From Nitrosopumilus sp. (lineage in GTDB: Archaea > Thermoproteota > Nitrososphaeria > Nitrososphaerales > Nitrosopumilaceae): a DNA stretch of 64,000 nt. Below, piece after piece: positions 1 to 9,500 of the stretch. Under the pieces are notes generated by a model. It saw nothing but the letters and a program-made list of their open reading frames with translations, was not told the DNA's origin and made no database searches. The translations under genes and the position numbers were made by a program. The stretch is from assembly GCA_965207075.1 (NCBI GenBank), contig CBDBLO010000002.1:1632001-1696000 (forward strand), given 5' to 3'. Positions within the stretch are counted from its first letter, which is position 1; each line of letters begins with the position of its first letter.

Positions 1-2
1 GG

Positions 3-89
3 GTGCGCGGGATAAACTTTGAGGAGACCTGCGATACCTACAAGGACGAGGACATAGACGGCCAGGGGATCAGGGTGTCCGTAGAATAG
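3..89 (+). CDS. 3' end of an upstream gene (partial), possibly isoleucyl-tRNA synthetase C-terminus
   Basis: Open frame VRGINFEETCDTYKDEDIDGQGIRVSVE* ending at TAG 87-89; identity is only a weak recollection. Confidence 0.35.
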   Translation: MRGINFEETCDTYKDEDIDGQGIRVSVE

Positions 90-94
90 CTTTT

Positions 95-772
95 ATGGGA
101 ACATCGGTGCACGACAGCATGGCAGGGACGGGTCGTACTGCAAAGCCGGGAGCGGCGAAGAGAAAGAGGAGCGGTTCGGCCGCCTCTGGGAAGAAAAAGT
201 CACCCGGTGTAATCGGGATCACGGTACTTGAGAAGAACGGCCTTGACGTCGACGCGCTGATAAACGAGCTTGTACGCAACGCCGCCGTCGAGTTCACCGC
301 GTACTACTACTTTACCAACCTCAGGGCGCACTGCACCGGAATGGAGGGCGAGGGGCTAAAGGGGATAATAGAGGACGCAAGGCTGGAGGATCTGAGCCAC
401 TTTGAGTCGTGCATAGAGCGCATATACCAGCTCGGGGGATCACTGCCCAACGACGCGACGGAGTTCATACGCATCTCGGGGTGCGACTTTCTAAAGCTGC
501 CGCCGGACCCGACTGACCACAAGGCGATACTCGAAAAGTGCCTCAAGGCGGAGCAGGGGGCCATAGTCAACTGGAACAACATATGCAACATGACACTCGG
601 CAAGGATCCGGCCACGTACGACATTGCAAAGGACATACTGGCCGAGGAGATAGAGCACGAGTCGTGGTTTTTGGAGCTCCTGTACGGGAGGCCGTCCGGA
701 CACATGAGGCGCAAGTATTCCGGCGAGAGGCCGCACACAAGAAAGCACTCGCGCGCGCTCGACATGGCGTGA
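95..772 (+). CDS. dps: Dps-like (DpsL) ferritin-superfamily protein
   Basis: AAVEFTAYYYFT, EDARLEDLSHFE and EEIEHESWF di-iron motifs; C-terminal PSGH; Lys-rich N-terminal extension. Confidence 0.9.
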   Translation: MGTSVHDSMAGTGRTAKPGAAKRKRSGSAASGKKKSPGVIGITVLEKNGLDVDALINELVRNAAVEFTAYYYFTNLRAHCTGMEGEGLKGIIEDARLEDLSHFESCIERIYQLGGSLPNDATEFIRISGCDFLKLPPDPTDHKAILEKCLKAEQGAIVNWNNICNMTLGKDPATYDIAKDILAEEIEHESWFLELLYGRPSGHMRRKYSGERPHTRKHSRALDMA

Positions 773-994
773 CCGGACATCGGTCGCGCCGCGGCGATTT
801 GGCAGGCTTTGTTGCAATTACGGCGCAAAAGGACCGCGCCGCAAACCGGGCAATCCGCGCCGGCCACCCCGCGCAAATTTGGAAAACGGCGGCCCGCTGC
901 AAATTTTATGCAGGTACGTGCAGGCGCACGTGCGACAGAACCCACGCACGCAGTCCCAGTTCACGGTTAAATACAAAACCACACAATGTAATTC

Positions 995-1354
995 ATGGTA
1001 AAGCAGGTAAGCCTTGACGCGTGGCAGGTCCAGCGCCTGCAGAATCTGCTCATGATGGGCTCGGATATCGCATCAAAGACTGACAGGGCCATAATACTGT
1101 ACAGGCAGACGCTAGAGGAGGAGGACGGGTGCTACGAGGAGATCGTGTGCACGCTTACCGCGGGCTTTGTCATAGAGCAGATAGTCACGTCAGGGGGGAT
1201 GCTGGTGCCGAGTTTCAGGCGCCAGGTGGTGCACTCCATAGTCGAGTACCCGCAGGTGCTTCTTGGCCAGAGCAAGGACAGGTTCGCGGATGTAACAAGC
1301 AGGCTCGAGGAGCAGCTCGGGATACAGGAAGAAGACGAAAGGGCGCCGGGCTGA
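995..1354 (+). CDS. hypothetical protein
   Basis: 119-aa ORF with host-like codon usage; TATA-like TTAAATA about 25 nt upstream. Confidence 0.75.
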   Translation: MVKQVSLDAWQVQRLQNLLMMGSDIASKTDRAIILYRQTLEEEDGCYEEIVCTLTAGFVIEQIVTSGGMLVPSFRRQVVHSIVEYPQVLLGQSKDRFADVTSRLEEQLGIQEEDERAPG

Positions 1355-1447
1355 CAGTGGGCGGCAGGCAGGCGGCAGGTGTTTTGGCGACCATTGCAGG
1401 AACCGCAAGTCACAGTCGTTAAATTACGGCGCCAAACCGATACAGGC

Positions 1448-2557
1448 ATGCGCCTCTTGGAGTACCAGGCAAAGGAGCTGTTCAGGGAGTACGGCATAAG
1501 GCTTCTTGACGGCAGGTCGTCTACCAGCATCGAGGAGGCCAGAGGGCACGCCGGGGAGCTAGGATACCCGTTTGTGATAAAGATACAGGTGCCAGTCGGA
1601 GGAAGGGGCAAGGCCGGCGGCGTCCAGTCCTGCAGCAACCCAGACGAGTTTGAGATAAGGTACCCGCAGGTCATGAACCTGGTGATAAAAGGCGAGAAGG
1701 CAAGGGCCGTGCTCCTTGAGAAGATGGCAGACATCAAAAAGGAGCTGTACGTGTCGCTGTTCCTGAACCGCTCAAAGAGGTGTTACACGATAATAGCGTC
1801 ATCGGAGGGCGGGGTCGAGATCGAGTCGGTAAAGAGCCAGACCATAAGGGAGGTCGGCATGGGCGACGTGTCGCGCGAGACCGCCCTGGAGGTCGCGGGC
1901 CAGATCGGCCTTGACGGGAGGCTGGCAGACGGCTTTGCAGACACCCTGGTCAGGCTCTCGAGGCTGACCATAGAGAAGGAGGCCGAGCTCGCGGAGATAA
2001 ATCCGCTGGCAATCACCCCTGACGAATCCATAATAGCGCTCGACGGCAAGTTCGTGACAGACGACAACTCCAACTTCCGCCACCCCGAACTGGCAAAGTA
2101 CCAGGAAAAGTCAGAGATAGAGGAGAGGGCCGAGAAGAGCGGGTTCTCGCTTGTAGAGCTCGACGGCGACATCGCGGTGGTGGGAAACGGCGCGGGGCTG
2201 GTAATGTCCACGTTTGACATGCTGTCAGACAGCGGCGGCAAGCCGGCGTGCTTTCTTGACGTGGGCGGGGGCGCCACCACCGAGTCGGTATACGAGGCCC
2301 TCACGCTGATAAGCCGCATAAGGGGCGTCAGGAGCATACTTGTAAACCTGTACGGGGGCATAGTCAAGACGACGGTGGTGGCCGAGGCCTTCCTGAAGGC
2401 GTACGAGTCGGGCCTGATAGACATGCCGGTATACGCCAGGCTGAAGGGGACCGAGTCCGACAGGGCCAAGGAGATGCTGAGGGATTCGAGGACAGAGATG
2501 TTCGACTCTGTAGAGGGCGCCATAAACGCGGCCGTTCTTGGGGGCAAGAAGAGTTGA
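1448..2557 (+). CDS. sucC: succinyl-CoA synthetase beta subunit
   Basis: MRLLEYQAKELF start, GGRGKAGG, EINPL, GNGAGL, FLDVGGGA. Confidence 0.97.
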   Translation: MRLLEYQAKELFREYGIRLLDGRSSTSIEEARGHAGELGYPFVIKIQVPVGGRGKAGGVQSCSNPDEFEIRYPQVMNLVIKGEKARAVLLEKMADIKKELYVSLFLNRSKRCYTIIASSEGGVEIESVKSQTIREVGMGDVSRETALEVAGQIGLDGRLADGFADTLVRLSRLTIEKEAELAEINPLAITPDESIIALDGKFVTDDNSNFRHPELAKYQEKSEIEERAEKSGFSLVELDGDIAVVGNGAGLVMSTFDMLSDSGGKPACFLDVGGGATTESVYEALTLISRIRGVRSILVNLYGGIVKTTVVAEAFLKAYESGLIDMPVYARLKGTESDRAKEMLRDSRTEMFDSVEGAINAAVLGGKKS

Positions 2558-3498
2558 GGGACATATTCGAGGTGCTGAGGGGAAGCCCGGGCGACGCGGA
2601 CCACAACAAAAAGGGCGTCATAGTGCAGGGGATAACCGGGGCGTACGGCTCGCTGCATACAAGAAACATGATTTCATACGGGACCAACGTAGTGGCAGGC
2701 GTAACCCCCGGCAAGGGGGGGCAGAGGTTTGATGATGCCATACCCATATACGACACGATGGCCGAGGCGGTGGAGACGACGGGCGCTAGGATGTCTGCCG
2801 TGTTCGTCCCGGCAAAGTTCTTCCTGGGCGCCGCAAGGGAGGCGCTCGAGGCCGGAATCGAGCTGCTGGTCGCGATACCGGAGCACATACCGATACGCGA
2901 CACCATGAGCGCGCTGGACATGGCGCAGAAAAAGGACGCCAGGATCATAGGCCCCAACACGCCGGGAATAATGATACCCGGAATCATAAAGATAGGCATA
3001 ATGCCCCCCACGCCGTTCAAGCCCGGCAAGATAGCGGTACTCTCAAAGAGCGGCACTCTGCTCTACGAGATATCCGACGCGCTGAGCAGCGCTGGGTTCG
3101 GGCAGGCGATCACCATAGGAATAGGGGGGGATCCCGTGAACGGGACCAGGCTTATCGACGCATTTGAGATGGTCAGGGACGTGCCGGACATAGACGGCAT
3201 GGTGGTGGTCGGGGAGATAGGCGGAGACTCCGAGGAGATGCTGGCGCAGCGCATAATGGACACGGGGTTTGCAAAGCCCACAGTCGCGTATATAGCCGGA
3301 AGGGCGGCCCCCAAGGAGAAGCGCATGGGGCATGCGGGCGCAATCGTGATGGGCACGTACGGCTCCGCAGAGTCAAAGATATCCATGTTCAACAAGGCAA
3401 ACATCCCGGTTGCAAAGAGGCCCGCCGAGGTGCCGGTTCTGCTTGCCAAAAAGATGGAGAATGGGGGCGGCGGCGGCACGACTGGCGGCAGCGATTAG
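2554..3498 (+). CDS. sucD: succinyl-CoA synthetase alpha subunit
   Basis: VQGITG, GVTPGKGG, IGPNTPG, SKSGTL, MGHAGA (phospho-His); overlaps the sucC stop. Confidence 0.97.
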   Translation: MRDIFEVLRGSPGDADHNKKGVIVQGITGAYGSLHTRNMISYGTNVVAGVTPGKGGQRFDDAIPIYDTMAEAVETTGARMSAVFVPAKFFLGAAREALEAGIELLVAIPEHIPIRDTMSALDMAQKKDARIIGPNTPGIMIPGIIKIGIMPPTPFKPGKIAVLSKSGTLLYEISDALSSAGFGQAITIGIGGDPVNGTRLIDAFEMVRDVPDIDGMVVVGEIGGDSEEMLAQRIMDTGFAKPTVAYIAGRAAPKEKRMGHAGAIVMGTYGSAESKISMFNKANIPVAKRPAEVPVLLAKKMENGGGGGTTGGSD

Positions 3499-3528
3499 AA
3501 TAAAAAGAGCAAGGAAGGCGATCCAGTG

Positions 3529-3696
3529 ATGCCCATTACAGACCCGGAAAAGAAGCGTATAGCCCAGCAGGCGCGCCTGGTCATGAAGATATGCTTTGAC
3601 TGCGGCTGCCGCAACGACATAGGCGCGACCAGGTGCCGCAAGTGCCGCAACCCGTACCTCCGGCTCAAGAACCGCAACCTAGGCATCAAGAAGTAG
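3529..3696 (+). CDS. rpl40e: 50S ribosomal protein L40e (not in ORF track)
   Basis: Manual translation MPITDPEKKRIAQQARLVMKICFDCGCRNDIGATRCRKCRNPYLRLKNRNLGIKK; CxxC...CxxC ribbon. Confidence 0.95.
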   Translation: MPITDPEKKRIAQQARLVMKICFDCGCRNDIGATRCRKCRNPYLRLKNRNLGIKK

Positions 3697-3816
3697 AGCG
3701 GCGGCACGTGCCGAAAACTGGAATCCCGCTGCAGGCCCCGCAAGGGCAGCAATGAAGACCGCAGGGCCGCGCTGTGGCGGCAGAAGTGCGGGCCTGAGCA
3801 CGGGTGCGCGCCCCCG

Positions 3817-5898
3817 TCAGCGGCAGACTCTCTGCGAGGGATCGATTGTAAATGCGTCCCAGTGGCCCGCCGCAAACGGGTACGACGGGTCGTCGAACCT
3901 TTTCACCGTCAGTTCAGTGATGGTGCCGTCCGAATCCGTCGAGTATGAGTCAAGGTAGAACGGCCCGTTGCTCACCACCGGGTGCCCCCTGGCGTCTATC
4001 CACTGTATGGCCGCGTCGTACCGCTCGCTTACGTACGCGGTTGTCCTGTCGATATACAGAAAGCCAGGCACGTGGGCGTCGTGGCTCGCGCCCTTGAGCG
4101 CGACCAGGTGGCCCCTTATCAGGGCGATGTCAGAGGCGTCAAGCATGTCAAGCCAGCTTACGCCACGCGCAGACGCCGCGGCCGAATCCCAGTGGGTCTG
4201 GTTGTTGCCAACCGCAGACTCCATGGCGGCGTACACCTCCCAAGGCAGCGCGCTCCACGTGGTCGCGGCGCCTTCAATCTCGGTCTCATCAGAGTGCCAA
4301 TAATCCAGATACACCTCGATCGTGTCCCGGCCCGCGTCCGGCACCCTCAGCCCCACCGGAATGCTCGGATCGTCGGGCAGATCACTATGCTCGACGGCGA
4401 ACCACACGGCATAAAATATGTCATTCATGTCCATCGACAGGCCGTGGTGCCACTTTGAGAGGAGTAGGTCGATCACAACCTTGCTGGTGGCAGTCGTGCC
4501 CGGAGGCAGCTCGGTCCACGCATCAGCCTCCGCGCTCCAAGCCATCGTGCCCGGCGGCACTGCAAGCGTGTCGTCAGGCCCCGCAGTCTCCACGGAGGTC
4601 CAGACGTTCCTTGCAGGCACCAAGTCCGCAGTGTGCGGATTGCGCACCGCCCCAGAATCGCGCAAAAGCCGCCACACATCAAGACTGTATGTGTCAGACA
4701 GCCCTTCGACCGGGTTCCAAGAGCTCTGCGCCACGTGGCGCACGCCGATATCCAGGTGGGCGCTGCCGTCCGGCAGCTGCGCGTTGATCGGCGTGTACCT
4801 GTTTGCGATTCCAGAGCCCGGGGCGTTTACCACGCCCGTGACGCCGTCCCTTACCGCGTACGACTGGTGTGCGGCGGCAAGAAAGATGCGTACGGACTCG
4901 TCGACGCCAAGCTCGGTCGCACGCGTGACCAGAGACGCCCTCTCGTCAGGCGAGCCATACCCCATACGGTAGAGGGTCTGCGTCAGCCTGTCAAGCTCCG
5001 CGTGCTCATACTTCCACAGGGCGTTGTCCTCCGCACCTCCCGGCAGCCTGCCCGCCCAAGGGGCATAGAACGACGCAAGTATGGAATCGTCGTATTTGAT
5101 CACCCCAGAGCCGCCCCAGGCCTCCGTGTACAAGTGCCACGTTTGGGCCGCGGGGTCGGAGCCGTACACGGCGCTGTATACGTCGGACAGATCCCCGTAT
5201 ACTGTATTCACTGCAAAGCCCGCCCTGCCAAGATCCGCCACGAGCCTGTCCCCTATCGACTTGCGCACCGCGTCGTCGTCTCTGACAAATACCGTTATCT
5301 CTATGGGCTCGCCCCCGTAGGTCCACCTGCCATCAGAATCCCTCGAGGCGCCCGCACCAACAAGGGCCCCTTCAAAGAGGCGGTCGGCCTCCGCCGGGTC
5401 GTACCGCAGTCCGAGGGCGGCCAGCATGTCCTTCACCAGGCCGTAGTCTGGGTGTTGCGGGGTTATGGCAGAGAAGAGTTTGGAGCCCGAGCTGGGCAGA
5501 ACGTTTGTGATTATGTCATCCCGGTCCACCAGATAGTTAATCGCATACCTGGCGTCTGGCAACGAGAACGGGTTGAAGCCATTTGTGTGGTCGTCAGTTG
5601 GGTTTACATACATCGAGTAGACGGTGCCGCCCGTGGACTGCAGCACTTGGTGTCCCGCATCGCGCACCGCCTGAGACTCGTCTTTGGTTATCGGGAGATA
5701 GTACATGTCGATGTCTCCGGCTATCAGGTTGTCTATGGCCGCGGCCGGATCCTGCTTGATGAACGTCACGCTGTCCACGTATGCCCCCGCCTCCGCCGCG
5801 GCGTCCTGCGGCATGATTGAGGCGGCAGCGGCCATTGCAACGACCAGCGCCACTGCGAAGACTAGTACCGCAGAAGGATGCTGCAACGATGTACTCAC
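3817..5898 (-). CDS. ABC transporter substrate-binding protein, family 5 (peptide/nickel-like), copy 1
   Basis: Signal-peptide-like N-terminus; FNPFSL..RYAINYLVDR, SWNPV.GLSD.YS and SNGPFYLDSY motifs; start set at GTG about 23 nt after TTTTTAAA. Confidence 0.88.
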   Translation of the reverse strand: MSTSLQHPSAVLVFAVALVVAMAAAASIMPQDAAAEAGAYVDSVTFIKQDPAAAIDNLIAGDIDMYYLPITKDESQAVRDAGHQVLQSTGGTVYSMYVNPTDDHTNGFNPFSLPDARYAINYLVDRDDIITNVLPSSGSKLFSAITPQHPDYGLVKDMLAALGLRYDPAEADRLFEGALVGAGASRDSDGRWTYGGEPIEITVFVRDDDAVRKSIGDRLVADLGRAGFAVNTVYGDLSDVYSAVYGSDPAAQTWHLYTEAWGGSGVIKYDDSILASFYAPWAGRLPGGAEDNALWKYEHAELDRLTQTLYRMGYGSPDERASLVTRATELGVDESVRIFLAAAHQSYAVRDGVTGVVNAPGSGIANRYTPINAQLPDGSAHLDIGVRHVAQSSWNPVEGLSDTYSLDVWRLLRDSGAVRNPHTADLVPARNVWTSVETAGPDDTLAVPPGTMAWSAEADAWTELPPGTTATSKVVIDLLLSKWHHGLSMDMNDIFYAVWFAVEHSDLPDDPSIPVGLRVPDAGRDTIEVYLDYWHSDETEIEGAATTWSALPWEVYAAMESAVGNNQTHWDSAAASARGVSWLDMLDASDIALIRGHLVALKGASHDAHVPGFLYIDRTTAYVSERYDAAIQWIDARGHPVVSNGPFYLDSYSTDSDGTITELTVKRFDDPSYPFAAGHWDAFTIDPSQRVCR

Positions 5899-6085
5899 GG
5901 GACGATTGAGGATGTCAGGTTTAAAAAACATTCGGAGTACAGCGTGAGTCCATCGCGTGACGCGTGATTCGGTCTGGTATCGTCCGGCAATGGGGGTGGT
6001 GTCGGCCTGATTCGCGGGCAGGCAAGAGCTTGCAAGTCCTGAACAAACGAACAAAAGACAAAAAACGTAATTGTCAGCTCAAAAC

Positions 6086-6166
6086 GGATCGGTCGTCTAG
6101 CCTGGTTTGGATGACACGCTCATACTGCGCAAGGCAAAGGTCGTGGGTTCGAACCCACGAGATTCA
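6086..6166 (+). pseudogene. degenerate copy of tRNA-Val (anticodon now CAT)
   Basis: Colinear with 8714-8804, with a mismatched anticodon stem, a 9-nt deletion in the intron, a 6-nt T-loop and a broken acceptor stem. Confidence 0.85.
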
Positions 6167-6448
6167 TGTTTTTTATCCATATTCGTGGAATAAGCTTTAG
6201 GATTATGCCGCATGCGACGGGCGCAGGGACCTTCATGCGGGGTGAATGCGATCGGGTCGGCCATATGCCGCAAGTGCCGCAACCCGTACCTCCGGCTCAA
6301 GAACCGCAACCTAGGCATCAAGAAGTAGAGCGGCGGCACGTGCCGAAAACTGGAATCCCGCTGCAGGCCCCGCAAGGGCAGCAATGAAGACCGCAGGGCC
6401 GCGCTGTGGCGGCAGAAGTGCGGGCCTGAGCACGGGTGCGCGCCCCCG

Positions 6449-8524
6449 TCAGCGGCAGACTCTCTGCGAGGGATCGATTGTAAATGCGTCCCAGTGGCCC
6501 GCCGCAAACGGGTACGACGGGTCGTCGAACCTTTTCACCGTCAGTTCAGTGATGGTGCCGTCCGAATCCGTCGAGTATGAGTCAAGGTAGAACGGCCCGT
6601 TGCTCACCACCGGGTGCCCCCTGGCGTCTATCCACTGTATGGCCGCGTCGTACCGCTCGCTTGCGTACGCGGTTGTCCTGTCGATATACAGAAAGCCAGG
6701 CACGTGGGAGTCGTGGCTCGCGCCCTTGAGCGCGACCAGGTGGCCCCTTATCAGGGCGATGTCAGAGGCGTCAAGCATGTCAAGCCAGCTTACGCCATGG
6801 TCAGACGCCTCGGCCGAATCCCAGTAGGTCTGGTTGTTGCCAACCGCAGACTCCATGGCGGCGTACACCTCCCAAGGCAGCGCGCTCCACGTGGCCGCGG
6901 CGCCGGCAATCTCGGCCTCGTCAAAGTGCCAGTAGTCCAGATACACCTCGATCGTGTCCCGGCCCGCGTCTGGCACCCTCAGCCCCACCGGAATGCGCGG
7001 ATCGTCTTCCAGCTGGCTGTGCTCAATGGCGAACCATGCGGCAAAAAATATGTCATTCACGTCCATCGGCAGGCCGTGGTGCCACTTTGAGGGACGGAGG
7101 TCGATCACAACCTTGCTGGTGGCAGTCGCGTCAGGAGGCAGTTCGGCCCACGCACGATCCTCTGCGCTCCAGGCCATCGTACCTGGCTGTACTGCAAGCA
7201 CGCCGTCAGGCCCCGCAGTCTCCACCGAGGTCCAGACGTTCCTTGCAGGCACCAAGTCCGCAGTGTGCGGATTGCGCACCGCCCCCGGGTCGTTCAAAAG
7301 CGACCACACGACAAGGCTGTACGAGTCAGACAGCCCTCCGACCGGGTTCCAGGAGCCCTGCGCCACATGGAACACGCCTATGTCGAGGTTGGTGCCACCG
7401 CCCGGCAGCTGCGCGTTGATCGGCGTGAACCTGTTTACGATTCCAAAACCTTGGGCGTTTACCACGCCCGTGATGCCGTCCCTCACCGCGTACAGCACGT
7501 TCTCGGCGGCAAGAAAGATGCGGACGGACTCGCTGACGCCAAGCTCGGTCGCGCGCTTTACCAGAGACGCCCTCTCGTCCCGCGAGCCATACTCCATATT
7601 GTAGAGAGACTGCGTCAGCTCGTCAAGCTCCTCGTTCTCATAATTCCACAGGTGCTCCTCCAGACCGCCTGGAAGGTAGCCCCACCAAGGGGCGTAGAAT
7701 GTCGCAAGTATGGAATCGTCATATTTGATCGCCCCGGGACCGTCCCAGGCCTCCGTGTACAAGTGCCACGTCTGATCCGCGGGATCGGAGGCGTACACGG
7801 CGCTGAATGCAGCGGACAGATCCCCGTATACTGTATTCACTGCAAAGCCCGCCCCGTCAAGATCCGCCACGAGTCTCTCCCCTATCGACTTGCGCACCGC
7901 GTCGTCGTCTCTGACGAATACCGTTATCTCTATGGGCTCGCCCCCGTAGGTCCATCGGCCGTCGGAATCCCTTGAGGCTCCCGCCGGGACAAGGGCCTCT
8001 TCAAAGAGGCGGTCGGCCTCCCCTGGGTCGTACCGCAGTCCGAGGGCGGCCAGCGCGTCGTGCACCAGGCCGTAGTCTGGATGTCGCGGGGTTATGGCAG
8101 AGAAGAGTTTGGAGCCCGAGCCGGGCAGATCGTTTGCCGCTATTCCGTCCCTGTCTACCAGGTAGTTGATCGCGTATCTGGCCTCTTGCAGCGAGAACGG
8201 GTTGAAGCCATTTGTGTGATCGTCAGTGGGGTTTACATACATCGAGTAGACGATGCTGTCCATAGACTGCAGTACTCTGTGTCCAGCATCGCGCACCACC
8301 TGGGACTCGTCTTCAGATATAGGGAAATAGTACATGTCGATGTCCCCGGCTATCAGGTTGTCTACGGCCGCGGTTGGATCCTGCTTGATGAACGTCACGC
8401 TGTCCACGTATGCCCCCGCCGCCGAGGCGTCCTGCGGCACGATTGTGGCGGCAACGGCCATTGCGACGACCAGCACCATTGTGGAGACCAGCACCATGGA
8501 ATGATACTGCAGCAGCGTACTCAC
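6449..8524 (-). CDS. ABC transporter substrate-binding protein, family 5, copy 2
   Basis: Paralog of 3817-5898 with an identical C-terminus; start set at GTG after TTTTTAAA. Confidence 0.88.
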   Translation of the reverse strand: MSTLLQYHSMVLVSTMVLVVAMAVAATIVPQDASAAGAYVDSVTFIKQDPTAAVDNLIAGDIDMYYFPISEDESQVVRDAGHRVLQSMDSIVYSMYVNPTDDHTNGFNPFSLQEARYAINYLVDRDGIAANDLPGSGSKLFSAITPRHPDYGLVHDALAALGLRYDPGEADRLFEEALVPAGASRDSDGRWTYGGEPIEITVFVRDDDAVRKSIGERLVADLDGAGFAVNTVYGDLSAAFSAVYASDPADQTWHLYTEAWDGPGAIKYDDSILATFYAPWWGYLPGGLEEHLWNYENEELDELTQSLYNMEYGSRDERASLVKRATELGVSESVRIFLAAENVLYAVRDGITGVVNAQGFGIVNRFTPINAQLPGGGTNLDIGVFHVAQGSWNPVGGLSDSYSLVVWSLLNDPGAVRNPHTADLVPARNVWTSVETAGPDGVLAVQPGTMAWSAEDRAWAELPPDATATSKVVIDLRPSKWHHGLPMDVNDIFFAAWFAIEHSQLEDDPRIPVGLRVPDAGRDTIEVYLDYWHFDEAEIAGAAATWSALPWEVYAAMESAVGNNQTYWDSAEASDHGVSWLDMLDASDIALIRGHLVALKGASHDSHVPGFLYIDRTTAYASERYDAAIQWIDARGHPVVSNGPFYLDSYSTDSDGTITELTVKRFDDPSYPFAAGHWDAFTIDPSQRVCR

Positions 8525-8713
8525 GGAGTAGGTGAGGGTGCCAGATTTAAAAAGCATTCAGAATACGGCAGGAGTCCGCCGCGCGATGCATGACTCGTGC
8601 CCAGTATCTTCTGGCAGATGGGTGATGTCGGCCTGATTCGCGGGCGGGCAGAGCCTGCAAGCCCCGAACAGACGAGCAAAAGACAAAAAAGCGGCGTATT
8701 TTCAAGCCAGAAC

Positions 8714-8804
8714 GGACCGGTCGTCTAGCCTGGTTTGGATGACGCACTCACACTGCGTAAGGCACAGCCCGCAAAGGTCGTGGGTCCGAATCCCACCCGG
8801 TCCA
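8714..8804 (+). tRNA. tRNA-Val(CAC) with a 16-nt intron (8760-8775) at position 44/45
   Basis: Acceptor GGACCGG/CCGGTCC, anticodon arm ACGCA-CTCACAC-TGCGT, T-arm GTGGG-TCCGAAT-CCCAC; bulge-helix-bulge TGCG/CGCA with TAA and AAG bulges. Confidence 0.9.
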
Positions 8805-8967
8805 TTTCCACTCTAGCTTTGAACCACTGTTTCCGATGATGTTACGTTACGATCGTTGGCGATGATATTGCAGGATGTAGGAGGCTCCACTATGATACGG
8901 CCGTCAGGCAGAGAGGCGACAAACCGGCACCCACGTGCCAGCACATGCTCGACCTCATCGCACGAGG

Positions 8968-9205
8968 CTACGAGCTGATTGCAGCCAGGCCTATCTTGCC
9001 GGCACCCGCCTTGCGAAACGCCTCTAGCGTCAGGTCCAGCTGCTCTGGCGTAGCTTTCTGAATCGTGTCGTACATTGCCTGCCTCTACTCCAGTACCGCA
9101 TCTTTTGGCGTGTTGGCCTCGAGGTCGAGGAGCTCTTCGGATCGCGTAAACGACTCGCGCATCTCCTGCAACAAAATCCCAGGTAGAATGCCTTTGTTTG
9201 TGCCC
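8968..9205 (-). pseudogene. probable C-terminal remnant of a tyrosine integrase
   Basis: Frame TNKGILPGILLQEMRESFTRSEELLDLEANTPKDAVLE*RQAMYDTIQKATPEQLDL with an internal TAG at 9085-9087; recalls the YTTNK..LP..EMR tail of archaeal integrases; lies next to the tRNA 3' end. Confidence 0.55.
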
Positions 9206-9500
9206 AGCGCAGTCGTGTCCGTCTAAAGATATGCAAAATGCAGGTTTGCCACTTCCGAACACCATGAGGCACTGAAGAACCTGACGCATGCGGCGTCCGA
9301 ATATTTTAGGACGTGCTCAATCAGGCCCGACATCTACAAATTTCTGTACCGCTGCATATGAGGCGAAATTTCAATAAGCGGCACTCTAGTCGGACTTGCA
9401 GAACCTGTTACGTCTGCATGAAAATCAGATGGGGGCGGACTGCCAACACGGATGCAAAACAGACACCAAGCCGCACCCGATTTTACAGGCAAGGTTCCAG

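Larger units (their letters stand above)
3634..6166. repeat. tandem duplication, copy 1 (rpl40e 3' part, SBP gene, divergent tRNA remnant)
   Basis: 3634-4030 is identical to 6266-6662 (offset 2632); homology continues with increasing divergence to the tRNA. Confidence 0.95.
6266..8804. repeat. tandem duplication, copy 2
   Basis: Counterpart of 3634-6166. Confidence 0.95.

Noticed and set aside
3817-8524. Diversity-generating retroelement behind the SBP variation
   Set aside because: No reverse transcriptase in the window; differences are not obviously adenine-restricted and include indels
8813-9289. 158-aa ORF from the track
   Set aside because: No recognisable features; it overlaps the more protein-like interrupted frame at 8968-9205
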